64,000 nt of DNA, from assembly GCA_036867785.1 (NCBI GenBank), contig CP145415.1:186001-250000 (forward strand), given 5' to 3'. This DNA comes from Plasmodiophora brassicae. Lineage: Eukaryota. The notes beneath the pieces were generated by a model. It ran no database searches. It saw nothing but the letters and a program-made list of their open reading frames with translations, and was not told the origin of the DNA. Shown in pieces: positions 36,841-48,037 of this stretch (the stretch's first letter is position 1; each line of letters opens with the position of its first letter). The position numbers and the translations under genes were made by a program.

Positions 36841-36948
36841 ACATAAATAGTGGGATAGACCCCAGCACGAACGGGTACCCTACTTGATACGTAAAGGCCA
36901 GGGTGAAGCGCCGATGGCCGATTCGCCGAGCGGCCGGAGCAGGCGGAG
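36841..36948. repeat. ~108-bp non-coding element, copy 2
   Basis: Direct repeat of 35371-35479. Confidence 0.85.
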
Positions 36949-37441
36949 AGGCAGAGGGGTGGCTGACGTTGAGCAAGTGATATCAGTATAGTACGGGTCG
37001 GCGGTGTCGCGCGTCTGGCCGTGCACTGACGAACGGTGATATTGTAGTGTCGTCGACGACGACGTGCACCTGCACGAGTGAGTGCCGCCAGGGGCCGTCG
37101 CTGTCGTCGATTGCAACCTGACGCACGGCGCAGGTGGTGGGCCGTGCGTATGCGGCACGTCGTGCCAGTGCCCAGGCTGTCCCGCGAAACCAAAGGCTTC
37201 GTCGTCGACATGCGATTGCACCGGCATGCCCTGTCATTGTACGGCGGAACGGATTGGTCACTAACCACCGAAGCCAGGCCCCGCTGATTGCACATGTGGG
37301 CCGTCGTGCCAGTGCGACAAGTGTCACGGTGGCAGGAAGGGCGTCCGGGCGGCATCGTCGACGGCGAAGAAACCGTGACCGTGCGCTGCATTTCGAGGAA
37401 TACAATACGTCGTGCGACTGGGGCGTCCTCGTGTATTCGGC

Positions 37442-37981
37442 TCAGGCCTCCGGGTTGGTCTCCAGGTTGATGCTGTTGCCGAACTTGGCATACAGGATCG
37501 CCTTCAGCTTCATCATCTCGTCGGTGATGGCCGCCATCGCCAACTCGGAGTCGGCGATTTCGGCGCGCGACTTGCCCTGCAGGCGTTCGACGAACGCGTT
37601 GCCGGCGTCCTCGCTGCCTTGGACATACACCGACCCGTACCGCAGGAGGACGTCGTTGTCGTCCATCACCATCTCCAGTGCCGACGCTGCGTCGTTCAGG
37701 TTCTCCAGATTCTCCTGCGAGTTGACGGTCAGCGCTGGGTGACGTGTCAGACCAGACCGCGGGCGGCAACCTTCTGCTTCTTCAGCTGGTCCTTCAGCTC
37801 GTCCATCTTCAGATTGAGCTGCCCGAACCGGTTAATGCGCTTCTGGTCATCCCACGTCACATCCGGGTTGGTCGGCTCGGCGCCGCCGCGACCCAGCCCC
37901 TGCACACATCGCGCCACCGTCAAACCCGCGCAAACCAATCACCTGCGCTGCGCCAGTCCGACATACCGCCTTCGTCGCCAT
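37442..37981 (-). CDS. PFDN4: Prefoldin subunit 4
   Basis: DVTWDDQKRINRF...ENLENLNDA...LKAILYAKFGNSINLE, with short introns. Confidence 0.92.
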
Positions 37982-38258
37982 CACGGACCTGTTCGGCAAC
38001 TCCGCCGCATTCGCGCTCAGCCCGATGTGAGGTAGAACCTATTTCGGTCAGAGTGCGACCTGCTGTTGCCTCCCCAACGGACACTGCAGAACGACGACCC
38101 CACTTAACGGTTAACGACCGGCAGAGAGTACGAGTTCCGAATACGCCTGTTGCCTTAATATTCGTCGTCGATCTAATGCGGGGAAGTACGCAATCTAAGA
38201 TAACTAGTGCATTCGTCAACCATTTGGGACAGCGTTGAAGGCCGGTCCAGCGCGCCGC

Positions 38259-39766
38259 ATGGCGGCCCTGATGCTGTCGATTGGCGCCATAGTTGTGGGG
38301 GTCGACGTCACATTCGGATCGATGACCTTCCCAGGAACATCGAATTCGCTCCTGCGTGGCGTGTCGTTGGACACGCCCGCGATGAGCCTGTTCATGGGTC
38401 CCCAACCGCAGGACAATATCGATCCTGTTACACGACCACTGGCCGTCGACTCTGGGGATATGTGCAACCCAGGCCCTGTCGACGATGCGACCCTTGTAGA
38501 CGGCAAGGTCGTTCTATTGGCCAACAGTGCCAGCCTGACATGCTCGTCCGAAACCGTCTACCTCAAGTACCTATCGTTGGGCGCCGCGGCTATCATTTTC
38601 CGTAAGATCGATGCCCTCTGGTCGAAGCCACGACGCTCGCTTACGCTTGCTGTGTTCCTGCTGTAGAAAACACACTTGGGACCCCGGGCCTGCACGCTTA
38701 CATGCAGGATGGAACACATGGGGCGCGAACTCGTTCGCATGCTATGATGTACCTGGATTTCAGCCCCGCATCGCAGGCAGTGTTCGATGCCATTCAGGGC
38801 AGCGCCGGCGCGAACGTCACCGTGTATCCGGACCCGAACGCATGGATTGACGCGTATAACTCCTGGTACTACCAAGTGTTCGTTCGATTCATTCCCAGTA
38901 TAACGCTGATAGCGTCGGGGCTGACTGCCGCCTATTTCTTCGTCATTCACATGCAGATTATGTTTGATGATGCCTCCTCTGTCGGCAACGTTGCACGATA
39001 TTTGCGTGCCCGACAACGGCTATGCCGAGCGTTGCGTCAAATTGCTACGCCACACGTCGTTCTGGTGTTAGAGGTGCTAACTGCCACCAGCGTCGGGATC
39101 ATGAACGCCGTCGGCGGCTTCTTCAGTAACAGCGTTCTGCCGGATCGCCTCTCAATGTTCATGATGACGCAATTCACCGGCTGGAGCTTTGTCTGTTCGA
39201 TCCTGTCTGCGCGCGTCTGGTACAGTCACCTGCAAGAGGTCAATGGACGCGCCACGGACGCGTTCATCGTGACGCGCGTGCTTCGCGGCGACTTTGTCTG
39301 GGTGACCGGATTCGTTTGTGCTTCGTCCATCATCGGTGACGTGTTCGGCTGCGTATACTATGCGACCTATCACCTTACCAGCACGTTGGCTGCTCCTGTC
39401 GGTGTCATCGCCCTGATTTTACAAATTGCGGTGGGCACCAACCTGGTAGTCGCCACCCTCCGCTTCTTCCGCACGGCACGTGCTACCACGACGAAGGTCG
39501 CCGCCGTTGTTGATGACAACAGCCGTGCCGCAATGCAGCGGATACTGAGCCGCTTGGCCGCATGCACATTGGGGATGGCGCTGTCAATGTTGTTATACTG
39601 TGTCGGGCTGATGATCATTTCCGGGCCGCAATCGTTCTTTATCACTCCTTCTGGGTGGACATTGGCGTGGTCACTTGGCATGACCGGTCGCGCCCTTGAC
39701 AGCGCATTTCGAGTCGCCATGTTCAAACCTCGTCAGCGCAACGCCCGCCACATCATCACCGTCTGA
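38259..39766 (+). CDS. Signal peptide + PA-like domain + 7TM membrane protein, paralog 1
   Basis: C....GKVVLL.....CSSETVY...GAAAII (PA-domain pattern), one intron at about 38602-38666, then seven hydrophobic segments ending GRALDSAFRVAMFKP. Confidence 0.75.
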
Positions 39767-40514
39767 GCGTCGAACGATACGTTCGACGTATCGCGCGCGC
39801 GATTTTGTTCAACTGTAGTGATGTTCCATGGGAATACAAACGTGCCAAACTGTAATACGTGTGGCTACTGTCACCTGGGTCCAAGTGGTAGCATGGGAAA
39901 AGGCCCCTGGCATGAAGGCTGCTGCTGGCGCGTGGGTGCCAGGCGACAGGGAAGACCACGGCGTGGCACAGGCCATGTCACGTGCAGCAACCTTCCTGCC
40001 ACGAGGTTTCCCGTGGCAGCAGCGTACGAGACTAGCTAGAGGCGACACGCATGCAGCGACTGGGTTCCAGAACGTACGCTGCCATGCCTGGCGACGTTCT
40101 TGACGTCCAAGATGGCGTCGCCGCGCACAGGCCCGAGTAGTGCTGTTAGTTCATCCCACTGGAGGCGGTTTCGCCAGGCACGTGCACGTACGCGTGTCCT
40201 TCCCCAAGTGGCCAGGATCAGCGCCCTGCCGCAACCGGATACCCACCAACGTGTTGCACACTGTCAGAGGCAGGCGCAGGCACGCTGTGACCATGTGGGC
40301 GGCGACGTTCATGGAGGCGCTATGGCGAACAAGATGGCATCATGACGTGTAAACACCTGCCTGATCAAAGTCTGCCCAAGGCGGACTTGCTCCACACGCA
40401 GGAACGACTATCTGCTTCGAACGATGGTACGACAGCATTTCCGTTCCGCGTACAACAAGAACATGTCCGGCCCGGTTTGTATTGCCTGGGGCAATGCACG
40501 CGGGAACGGAGGTT

Positions 40515-42776
40515 TCATTTCCGCGAAGACTGACCAGCTGCCGCGTTGGAATGGGTGTTTGCCATGTTTGTGGTGAACGTGTCTTTCGTGGCCCTCTGCT
40601 TCGTCAGCTTGTCGACGTCGTCTGGCGTGTAGAATGCAATGATCCAGAACTTCTGCGCGAACAACGACACAACCGACCCCAGGACGACGATGACCGTCGC
40701 CACGACGCGGATGACGAGCTGGGTCGTTGCATTCCCGGACGTCAGTGCCAGGACGGGGATTGTCAGCGTGGTGACCAGCATGATGTTGTACGTGCACATT
40801 GCCATGTGCGCGCTCTCATTGTACATAAGCATGGCGATATGGCGCGACCTGATCGCTAATGCCGTCGCGGTCGCCACCAACGCCAGGCTTCCGATACCCA
40901 GCAGCCACAGGCCTGGCGCGTTGTACGCGCAGACGAATGAGAACTGGCGCAGGTCCTGGTCGGTCGCGGCACACGGCGATGGCACGAAGACGCGGGCGCT
41001 GACGGGCGCGCTGCCCTGCAGGGCCATCCAGACGCCCATGGCAGTCGCGACGACGGCCAGCATGACGGACAGGTACCGGGCGAGCATCACGTTCGTCATC
41101 TTGACAACGCGAAACCCGGTGGACGACGACGATTTGAATATGCGATACACACGCCAGTGCTTGAAGATCAGCGCGCCCATCATCAGCGCGAACCCGACCG
41201 CGAACAGCCAGGCGCTGACCCAGCAGGATCCGGGCCAGTTCGGTGGGTAGACGGCAGCGGCGTAGTTCGACGAGAGCAGTATGGCACCACCGGTGAGGAT
41301 GGCGACGCAGAACGAAGGCGACGCCGCTTTCATCACCGGGTGCGCTGCCTGGACCATGACGGCAACGATGCACAGGACGACAATGACGATGCTGACCGAG
41401 GTGATCGCCGTGACCAGCGACGTGGCCCAGTTCGCCACCCGTACCTCAAACAGGCAGTGGCCGGGCAGAGCGTCGCGCCCGTGCAGAAGCGCCACCATCG
41501 AACATTCGGCCTGGTTCAGGGCGCCCTGCGGGGACAAGCGCCCGACGAGCACATCGTTGACCGCCTTGTACAGGAACGACGACGCCTTCACGTAGTTTGA
41601 CGTGGTCTGCACGCTGAACCGGTTGACGATGTAGTCGTCGGGCAGCGGTGTCACGTCGCAGATCTGCGCGTGCGACAGATTGAACGGTTGGCACAGGCCG
41701 CTGCCGAAGTACATGTCGGAGCGTGTGGGCAGGCGCCCGAAGTTGCGGAAGTTGGCGACCTGCGTCTTTGGCGAGACCAGCGCCAGGAGGATGTCGACGG
41801 CCATACCGCGCATGGCGACCGCTTTGTTGATGCCGACCATCCACCCGCCCAGGGTCCCGTGCGATCGTGTCCCCGGTCCGTCGTTGGGCAGCAGGGCGAC
41901 GCCGACAAGATGCTGCAAAGGTGTGCCCTGAAGTGCACCGAGCGTGGCAGGCCAGTTACGGTGGAAGACCGAGTTGCCGGCGAGGAAGTCTGCTTGGCTG
42001 TCGGGCTCGATGTACCCGGCACAGGCCGGCGAGCTGATCCACCCGATCCAACGCTGCATACGGGTTAGCGCCTTCAGACCGGCAGCATTGTTGAAGGACA
42101 CGTGGCCATCGGCGTCAACGATGGTGCCGGCGCCGTGCGAGGCGAACAGCTCCAGGGCGTTGCAGGTGAGGCCCTCGTAGGCCGACCCTTGCCAGGAGTA
42201 CCCCCAGAAGTTCGGGTTCGTCGCCGTTTCGTTCGCCATGATAACGGCGGCCTGGTGTTCGAGTTCGTCCCAGGTGGCTGGCGGCCCAGTGAAACCGTAC
42301 TTGGCGAGGAGGTCCTTGCGGTAGTACAGGAACCCTGCGTTGACGTAATACGGGTCAGCAATGCGGGCGCCGTTGATCGTCGTGAATTGCAGAAGCTGTG
42401 GCGCAACAAGGTCCAGCTCGTCTTGCGTCAGCGCCAAGTTCAGGTCGAGCAAGTACGGAGCGAACGCGCCCGCCCAGATGAAGTCGGCAAACAAGACGGC
42501 CAGGGTTGGGTCCGCGTTCGTCAACGCGTTGAACAGCATCGAATACTTATCGTCCGATGCAGGCGGCAGGGCGACAAGGCGGATGGGGTTGTCGCCGGGC
42601 GTCAGCTGCACGAAGACGGCGGAGCTGGGCGTTTCGCACGGCTTCCCGCACGTCGACCAATTCGTGATCGCAGCGCTGGTGCCGGCCAAGGCGGCCAGTA
42701 CGATTGCAATCATCCAGCCTGGTGCGCAGCAGGTGGAAGGCGTGATCACACGAGCGGACAGACAGCCGGCGTCCAT
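40515..42776 (-). CDS. Chimeric receptor: bacterial-type ABC sugar-binding domain + class C (GABA-B-like) GPCR 7TM; intronless
   Basis: SBP motifs DFIWAGAF, LYYRKDLLAKYG..PPATWDEL, WQGSAYEGLTCNALE, FHRNWP, TLGGW. 7tm_3 motifs VMKAASPSFC, C..W...GFALMMGALIFKHWRVYRIF, YNES. Confidence 0.88.
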   Translation of the reverse strand: MDAGCLSARVITPSTCCAPGWMIAIVLAALAGTSAAITNWSTCGKPCETPSSAVFVQLTPGDNPIRLVALPPASDDKYSMLFNALTNADPTLAVLFADFIWAGAFAPYLLDLNLALTQDELDLVAPQLLQFTTINGARIADPYYVNAGFLYYRKDLLAKYGFTGPPATWDELEHQAAVIMANETATNPNFWGYSWQGSAYEGLTCNALELFASHGAGTIVDADGHVSFNNAAGLKALTRMQRWIGWISSPACAGYIEPDSQADFLAGNSVFHRNWPATLGALQGTPLQHLVGVALLPNDGPGTRSHGTLGGWMVGINKAVAMRGMAVDILLALVSPKTQVANFRNFGRLPTRSDMYFGSGLCQPFNLSHAQICDVTPLPDDYIVNRFSVQTTSNYVKASSFLYKAVNDVLVGRLSPQGALNQAECSMVALLHGRDALPGHCLFEVRVANWATSLVTAITSVSIVIVVLCIVAVMVQAAHPVMKAASPSFCVAILTGGAILLSSNYAAAVYPPNWPGSCWVSAWLFAVGFALMMGALIFKHWRVYRIFKSSSSTGFRVVKMTNVMLARYLSVMLAVVATAMGVWMALQGSAPVSARVFVPSPCAATDQDLRQFSFVCAYNAPGLWLLGIGSLALVATATALAIRSRHIAMLMYNESAHMAMCTYNIMLVTTLTIPVLALTSGNATTQLVIRVVATVIVVLGSVVSLFAQKFWIIAFYTPDDVDKLTKQRATKDTFTTNMANTHSNAAAGQSSRK

Positions 42777-43189
42777 TCGTCCACGAGGTCAACTGTTCGG
42801 TCCTTTCCGAGCGCTGTCCTACGGGCCGGGAACCGAGGTGGCCACAGTCCTATGACTGGTTGCAGAGCTCGGTTTGCTGCTTCTGTAACGTTGTTGGCAC
42901 CTGGCAGTCACAGTTACCTAGATCAGTTTGTGGGCGGTGCGTGATGCTTGGCGTATCGCTTTGACGAAGCACATTGTGCGTATTGTTTATTCCACTGGAC
43001 TCTCGCCGAGGATGACGGCGGAGCACATCGCCAACTTATCGGGCAGCGTGGCCGCCAGCCGCGTACGTGGCACCCGTCACGAGTTGCAGCGACGACTCGT
43101 CCAGCAGCGACAGGAACGGGTTGCGGAAGATGACGACACCTCGAACGGACATTGGCACGACACGACCCAACACGACCTGTCGACACGGC

Positions 43190-44910
43190 AGCCTCCACAT
43201 CACGGACAGGTCCAGCTGGATCGTGAGGCCGTATGATGCGTCGTGCCGAACAAGCAGGTACAGCCGCTTGTTCGACAACACGCTGACGTCGAAGAGCATC
43301 CACATCGGGTTGCATCGTTTTAGCCGACGTAACACACGCGCCGATGACCTCGATATGGATACAACAGGCAGCTCAACAACGTCAACGTTGGAGATATGTG
43401 GATTACAAAGGCCATCACCACGGATGCGTCGGTGGGCACCGACCAGGATGAAGTCGCGTCACCGACGAACCCCACCGTTTGGCGAATGACTCCCCGTCGT
43501 TCGTCCGAGAACGAAGCTGGCTAAGCATTCGGTCGAGATGGCAGAACAACATTCAGAAGTGCCTGCTCAAGTTCTCTGGGTGCATGAGCAAGGCCTTGGC
43601 CGAATCGCACTCTGGCTGGTCGTTAGACGACTACACCAACCTTGCCAAGGAATGCTACCACAAAGATATGGAGAAAGAGTTCGGCAGGGAGCCCGTGTGG
43701 GCGGAGGGTAGAAACCTGCCGAAGTTCGCCGTCCCCCCGTACACGATCTCGGCGTTGGTGCAGCAGGCGCTCAACATCGACGTCATCAAAGTGCGGAAGC
43801 CGGTCATGACGCCGTCAGTGTTGCCGGCGATGCATCACAGATTCTCGCTACGCCCTTGGCGCTGAGCAATCGACCTGCAGTTGGAAAGTGAAAGTAAAAG
43901 GCGAAGCGATTGAAGGATGAGGAAGCCGGCTGCGATCACGACGCGGGTGGTGGATTTCTCCAAGAATTCCTCGCCAGGAACGTGGCGAAGAGCGAAATTG
44001 CCCGCAAGCGAGCGGAGGCGGCGCACGAGCTGGCGGCTGTCGCTCGTGATCGGTATAATCCCAGGATGTTCGCTGAAGGCCGTTGCAGTGAGTCGGTGGG
44101 GTACTTGAGCCTCAAGCGCCGCCAGCAACTGCTCGTCGAAGCGCGCGTTGAATTGCAGCAGAAACCGCAGGAGTCGCGTCGGTTGGCGATGATGCTGGAA
44201 GAGGCCACGAAGGGGCCGATAATGGCAGTGGCGCCTACCTCTGACCTCCGCCCACACGAGCTCCCTGCCGAACTCTTTCTCCATCTCCTTGTGGTAGCAT
44301 TCCTTGGCAAGGTTGGTGTAGTCGTCTAACGCCCAGCCAGAGTGCGATCCGGCCAAGGCCTTGCTCATGCACCCAGAGAACTTGAGCAGGCACTTCTGAA
44401 CGATCTCGGACGAACGACGGGGAGTCATTCACCAAACGGTGGGTTTCGTCGGTGACGCGACGCCATCCTGGTCGGTGCCTACCGATGCATCCGTGGTGCA
44501 GGCCTTGTAAGCTCTGGCGATGATGATGTCCTCGGAGGACGTGAAGTTGTTGTGCCCGGGTGCCTTCCCGCGTCGAGCAGGAGTCGACGACGACGACAAC
44601 CCCGGCGCGCTGTCCGCCATTTTGCTGTCTTCAAATCCGTTCCAGATCTGTTCAATTCTGGTAATGGCAATCCATATCCGTTTGTAGATATGGACAACGA
44701 GTGGGGTACAGATTCTCTATCGTTATCTTACGTTATAGAACGCCTACCCTCCCGGTAAGGGTTATAAAACAGAGCTATGTCATCACGTACCCGCACAGAC
44801 GAAGTAGCGCCGGGTGAGTCGTCACGCTCACGACGCACAGCATCTTGCTCATCGCCGGGTGTTAGACTGTTCGTCGCTATCGTCGTCGCTCGACACGGGG
44901 TCCAAATCCT
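43190..44910. mobile_element. Composite repeat block 1: decayed Myb/SANT (NAM-associated, PIF/Harbinger ORF1-like) gene in inverted pieces plus an unidentified gene fragment
   Basis: NNFTSSEDIIIARAY...DASVGTDQ, RSWLSIRSRWQNNIQK and SGWSLDDY occur on both strands. The block matches 50830-52310. Confidence 0.7.
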
Positions 44911-45925
44911 TTGTACTCAGTACAGACCGGCAGCGGATCGGGAGGATATTGCGAATTGGCCCGTTCGAATGACGGCAGTACCGCTAGCCTGGACAGGATC
45001 GCCATCTGCTTCTGAAGTTGTGCCGCGCGCCGAATATCTTCTGTCCGTCGTACGGGACCGTTATTGGCGTCGTCGTCGTCGGATGCGATACCATCAACGG
45101 CAAGATCGATGCGGTTTCGTCGCTTCCGCATAATCACGCCATTGCACAGTGGCACCAGCCGGTCAACGAGCGACGCGCTTCACTGGACTACGTCGTGAGC
45201 GTCCTGTCGTCTGGCCATCAGCACGACGGGCTCGATGGCCATTATGTCGACATCGTCTGCGTGCTTGTTGGTACACCCGTCTTCGCGCAGCGTGCCGCCG
45301 ACTGGCCTATATGTATTAGGAAAAGGTAATGGGCGAAGCCCTCCCATTCGACGACGCTTGCGTACAGCGGACAGCCTCGTCGACGTCGTTCGCCCTGTGG
45401 CTTCAGGAGGAATTTGCCGTCGCTGAAGGACATCGATGGCCTGATAGATCAGATGGCGTCGTGCCGCCGTCCAGCTGCCTTCAATGCGTCTGTCCTAGTG
45501 CTGAAAGAACGGTCGCTTTGGACGCAAAGCTTGGCGGCTTGCGTTTTACCCATCTCGTACCGGGCGATGTTGGGCGCAGATCGGGATCTGCGGGCGGAGA
45601 CACATTCAGCCATCGACTCGACGGAGTGCTGCGTAGTCATTTGCTCTTCGGTGGCCGCTGCAGCGCGGTGATGCACTTGATTGCTGCTTCCGTACGACAT
45701 TGGTAGAATAGCATGCTAGATGGGCGTTTTCTCTGCACTCTGTTCGTGCGCGTTATCGCAGTGCGTCCAACCAGATGCCAGATTTACCCAGACCACGTGA
45801 TGTCCAAGGTCCTGATATTATGGGTGATCCCTTGCACTCGTTAGTACCAGCCCACTTCAACTAGCCTACTGCGTCTCCATGGCTGTCCCATCCGTACCGA
45901 TGACTTTGCCGCAACCCATTAGGTA

Positions 45926-46081
45926 TATGTAGGCAGGCCAGTCGCACGGCCGTTATGTCCGTTGTATGTAGGCAGGCCAGTCGCACGGCCGTTATGTCCG
46001 TTGTATGTAGGCAGGCCAGTCGCACGGCCGTTATGTCCGTTGTATGTAGGCAGGCCAGTCGCACGGCCGTTATGTCCGTTG
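45926..46081. repeat. Perfect minisatellite, 4 x 39 bp
   Basis: Unit TATGTAGGCAGGCCAGTCGCACGGCCGTTATGTCCGTTG, four identical head-to-tail copies with no spacers. Confidence 0.97.
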
Positions 46082-46423
46082 TCAGCGCCCGCAGAGATGT
46101 GTAAGAATCGTAAATGCCGATACGGGGACAGCGGCGCCGACGTTTCTACAATACCTTGGTGGGTGTCCTTTGAGAAGCGCCACAACGGTAGTCATCGGAG
46201 ACGTTGCAGGAACACATGGCATTTAACGAACAAACCGCTGCAGGGTGATGAGCCTTCTGGTCAACGCCCGCTGTCGCAAACGCTTTCATCTTGATAGTGA
46301 CATCCCTACCCGTAACGGATTGGTTTTTCGGATTGGTTTTACACCGATATGACACCGTACGTAGCATTCATTACACATTCCGAAAGGGCAATTGCCGCCC
46401 AGGTTGGTTGCATCGACTGGCGA

Positions 46424-47053
46424 TCACTTGCGGAACAATGCAAGGACGTTGCTGCAATGTTTCGCGGCAACGGCAACGACAAAACTGGCCGAAGCTGCTA
46501 CGGCAGCACTTGCGGCAGCACTTGCGGACGACAGCCCGGGAGAGAGGCCGGCAGCCCCGGCCGACTGAAGTACTGCGCAGAGGCTGCCCGCGCTCACCGC
46601 GCCACCGTACGAACCCATGAAACCGGCAGCCGCGGACCCAGCGACGATGCCGCCTTGTCCGAATCCAGCAGCGGCGATACACGCGGCGGCTATGGTGGGT
46701 CCGGCAACCGCGCATGCGATGACGAAAACCAGCGCAAGGCCATGGCCACCAGTACTGAAGACCAGCTGTGTGTCCCGTGCTCCGTCCATGTCGCCCTGGA
46801 CAGCAAGGATGGGCGATTGAAGCTGGGAAAACAGAGGGAAATGCTTGGACAAGTCGACCAGGATCTTGAAGGTCGCGTCCAGGTCTCCGCAGGCAGCCTG
46901 CTGGATGACAGACTTCAGGTGGGACACCATAGGGCAATGCTTAGACAAGTCGACCAGGAACTTGAAGGCCGCGTCTAAGACATAGCTGTCGTCCTCGGAC
47001 GGTTGGATCCACGACATTATCTGCGAGACGATCATGCCACAGACGCCTTCCAT
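46424..47053 (-). CDS. Ifi-6-16 / ISG12 (IFI27-like) domain protein with a 32-aa internal duplication
   Basis: AGFGQGGIVAGSAAAGFMGSYGGAVSAGSLCAVLQSAGAAG matches the ISG12 motif. LDAxFKxLVDLSKH repeats at 96-bp spacing. 5' end is uncertain. Confidence 0.75.
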   Translation of the reverse strand: MEGVCGMIVSQIMSWIQPSEDDSYVLDAAFKFLVDLSKHCPMVSHLKSVIQQAACGDLDATFKILVDLSKHFPLFSQLQSPILAVQGDMDGARDTQLVFSTGGHGLALVFVIACAVAGPTIAAACIAAAGFGQGGIVAGSAAAGFMGSYGGAVSAGSLCAVLQSAGAAGLSPGLSSASAAASAAVAASASFVVAVAAKHCSNVLALFRK

Positions 47054-48037
47054 TTGGATGCAGCGGGACTTTGGACGGCCACGGGGGCCCTTCCTGATTC
47101 GCAGTCCGCTCCGTGGAGGTGCGACTTGGGCGAGGCCGCACCCCCCGTTATATCATTCTGGACCCTGAATTCCGTGTCGCCAGTCGCGGCGTTTAAACAA
47201 CGGTATCCCGTCAGCTACCAAAAATAACCATGTGCCAATGTGTCTTCGTCGCTCCCGGATCGCGCCATTGCACAGTGGCACCAGCCGGCGAACGAGCGAC
47301 GCGCTTCACTGGCCAACGTCGTGAGCGCCCTGTCATCTGAATATCAGCACGACGGGCTCGATGGCCATTATGTCGACATCGTTTGCGTGCTTGTTGGCGC
47401 ATCCGTCTTCGCGCAGCGTGCAGCGGAAGGGCCCATCAGGAAAAGGTCATGAGCGAAGCCCTCCCATTCGACGACGCTTACGTACAGCGGACCGCCTCCG
47501 CGACGTCGTTCGCCCTGTAGTGCCGTCGAATCCATGCTCTTCTTCAACGTTCATCGCCGATCGGTACGTACCCTCAAGTACTGTCAGGGGCAACCGGCAG
47601 GAACGATGCCCGATGGTCTCATCAACGTAACGACGCCTGCGCGGTCTACGCGTGCTTCTCATGATTGTGGGTTCGGTTTCGAATCGAAGCTGCAGCCACC
47701 GATCTGTTTCGGTTCTCGAGTACTACTTGATAACGCGACCGCTGGACACAGGGCAGCGCTTCGGGTTTTGATCAAACGCCGAAGAACTTTAGCTGCGAGG
47801 CAGAATTTGATCTTTTATGAACAGAACATTACTGCTTCAGTCCCGACCCGACGCCGGCAGTCGGATTGATCCGATCAGTCTGTCCCTGCGGTGTCCAATC
47901 CACACGTGTTGACCACAGGGGCGTCAGTCGCAAATCCGGCTGTTTGGGCCCCCTTTTTATGACCCGGGTCCGCCGTCGTCAACCGACGACCGTTCGCACG
48001 TCGCCTCGGTCGGCATTTCCTTAATCGTATCGAGTTC

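Larger units (their letters stand above)
45137..47518. repeat. ~260-bp direct repeats (45137-45398 and 47263-47518) flanking the minisatellite and the Ifi-6-16 gene
   Basis: CGCCATTGCACAGTGGCACCAGCCGG...GACGTCGTTCGCCCTGT is present at both sites with scattered substitutions. Confidence 0.85.

Noticed and set aside
40515-42776. Bacterial contamination or ABC transporter operon
   Set aside because: The sugar-binding domain is in frame with a eukaryotic class C 7TM; there are no permease or ATPase genes and the neighbours are intron-containing.
45926-46081. CRISPR array
   Set aside because: Identical head-to-tail units with no spacers, no cas genes, and a eukaryotic context.
45137-47518. LTR retrotransposon bounded by the 260-bp direct repeats
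   Set aside because: No TG...CA ends, TSD, primer-binding site or gag/pol sequence evident between the repeats.
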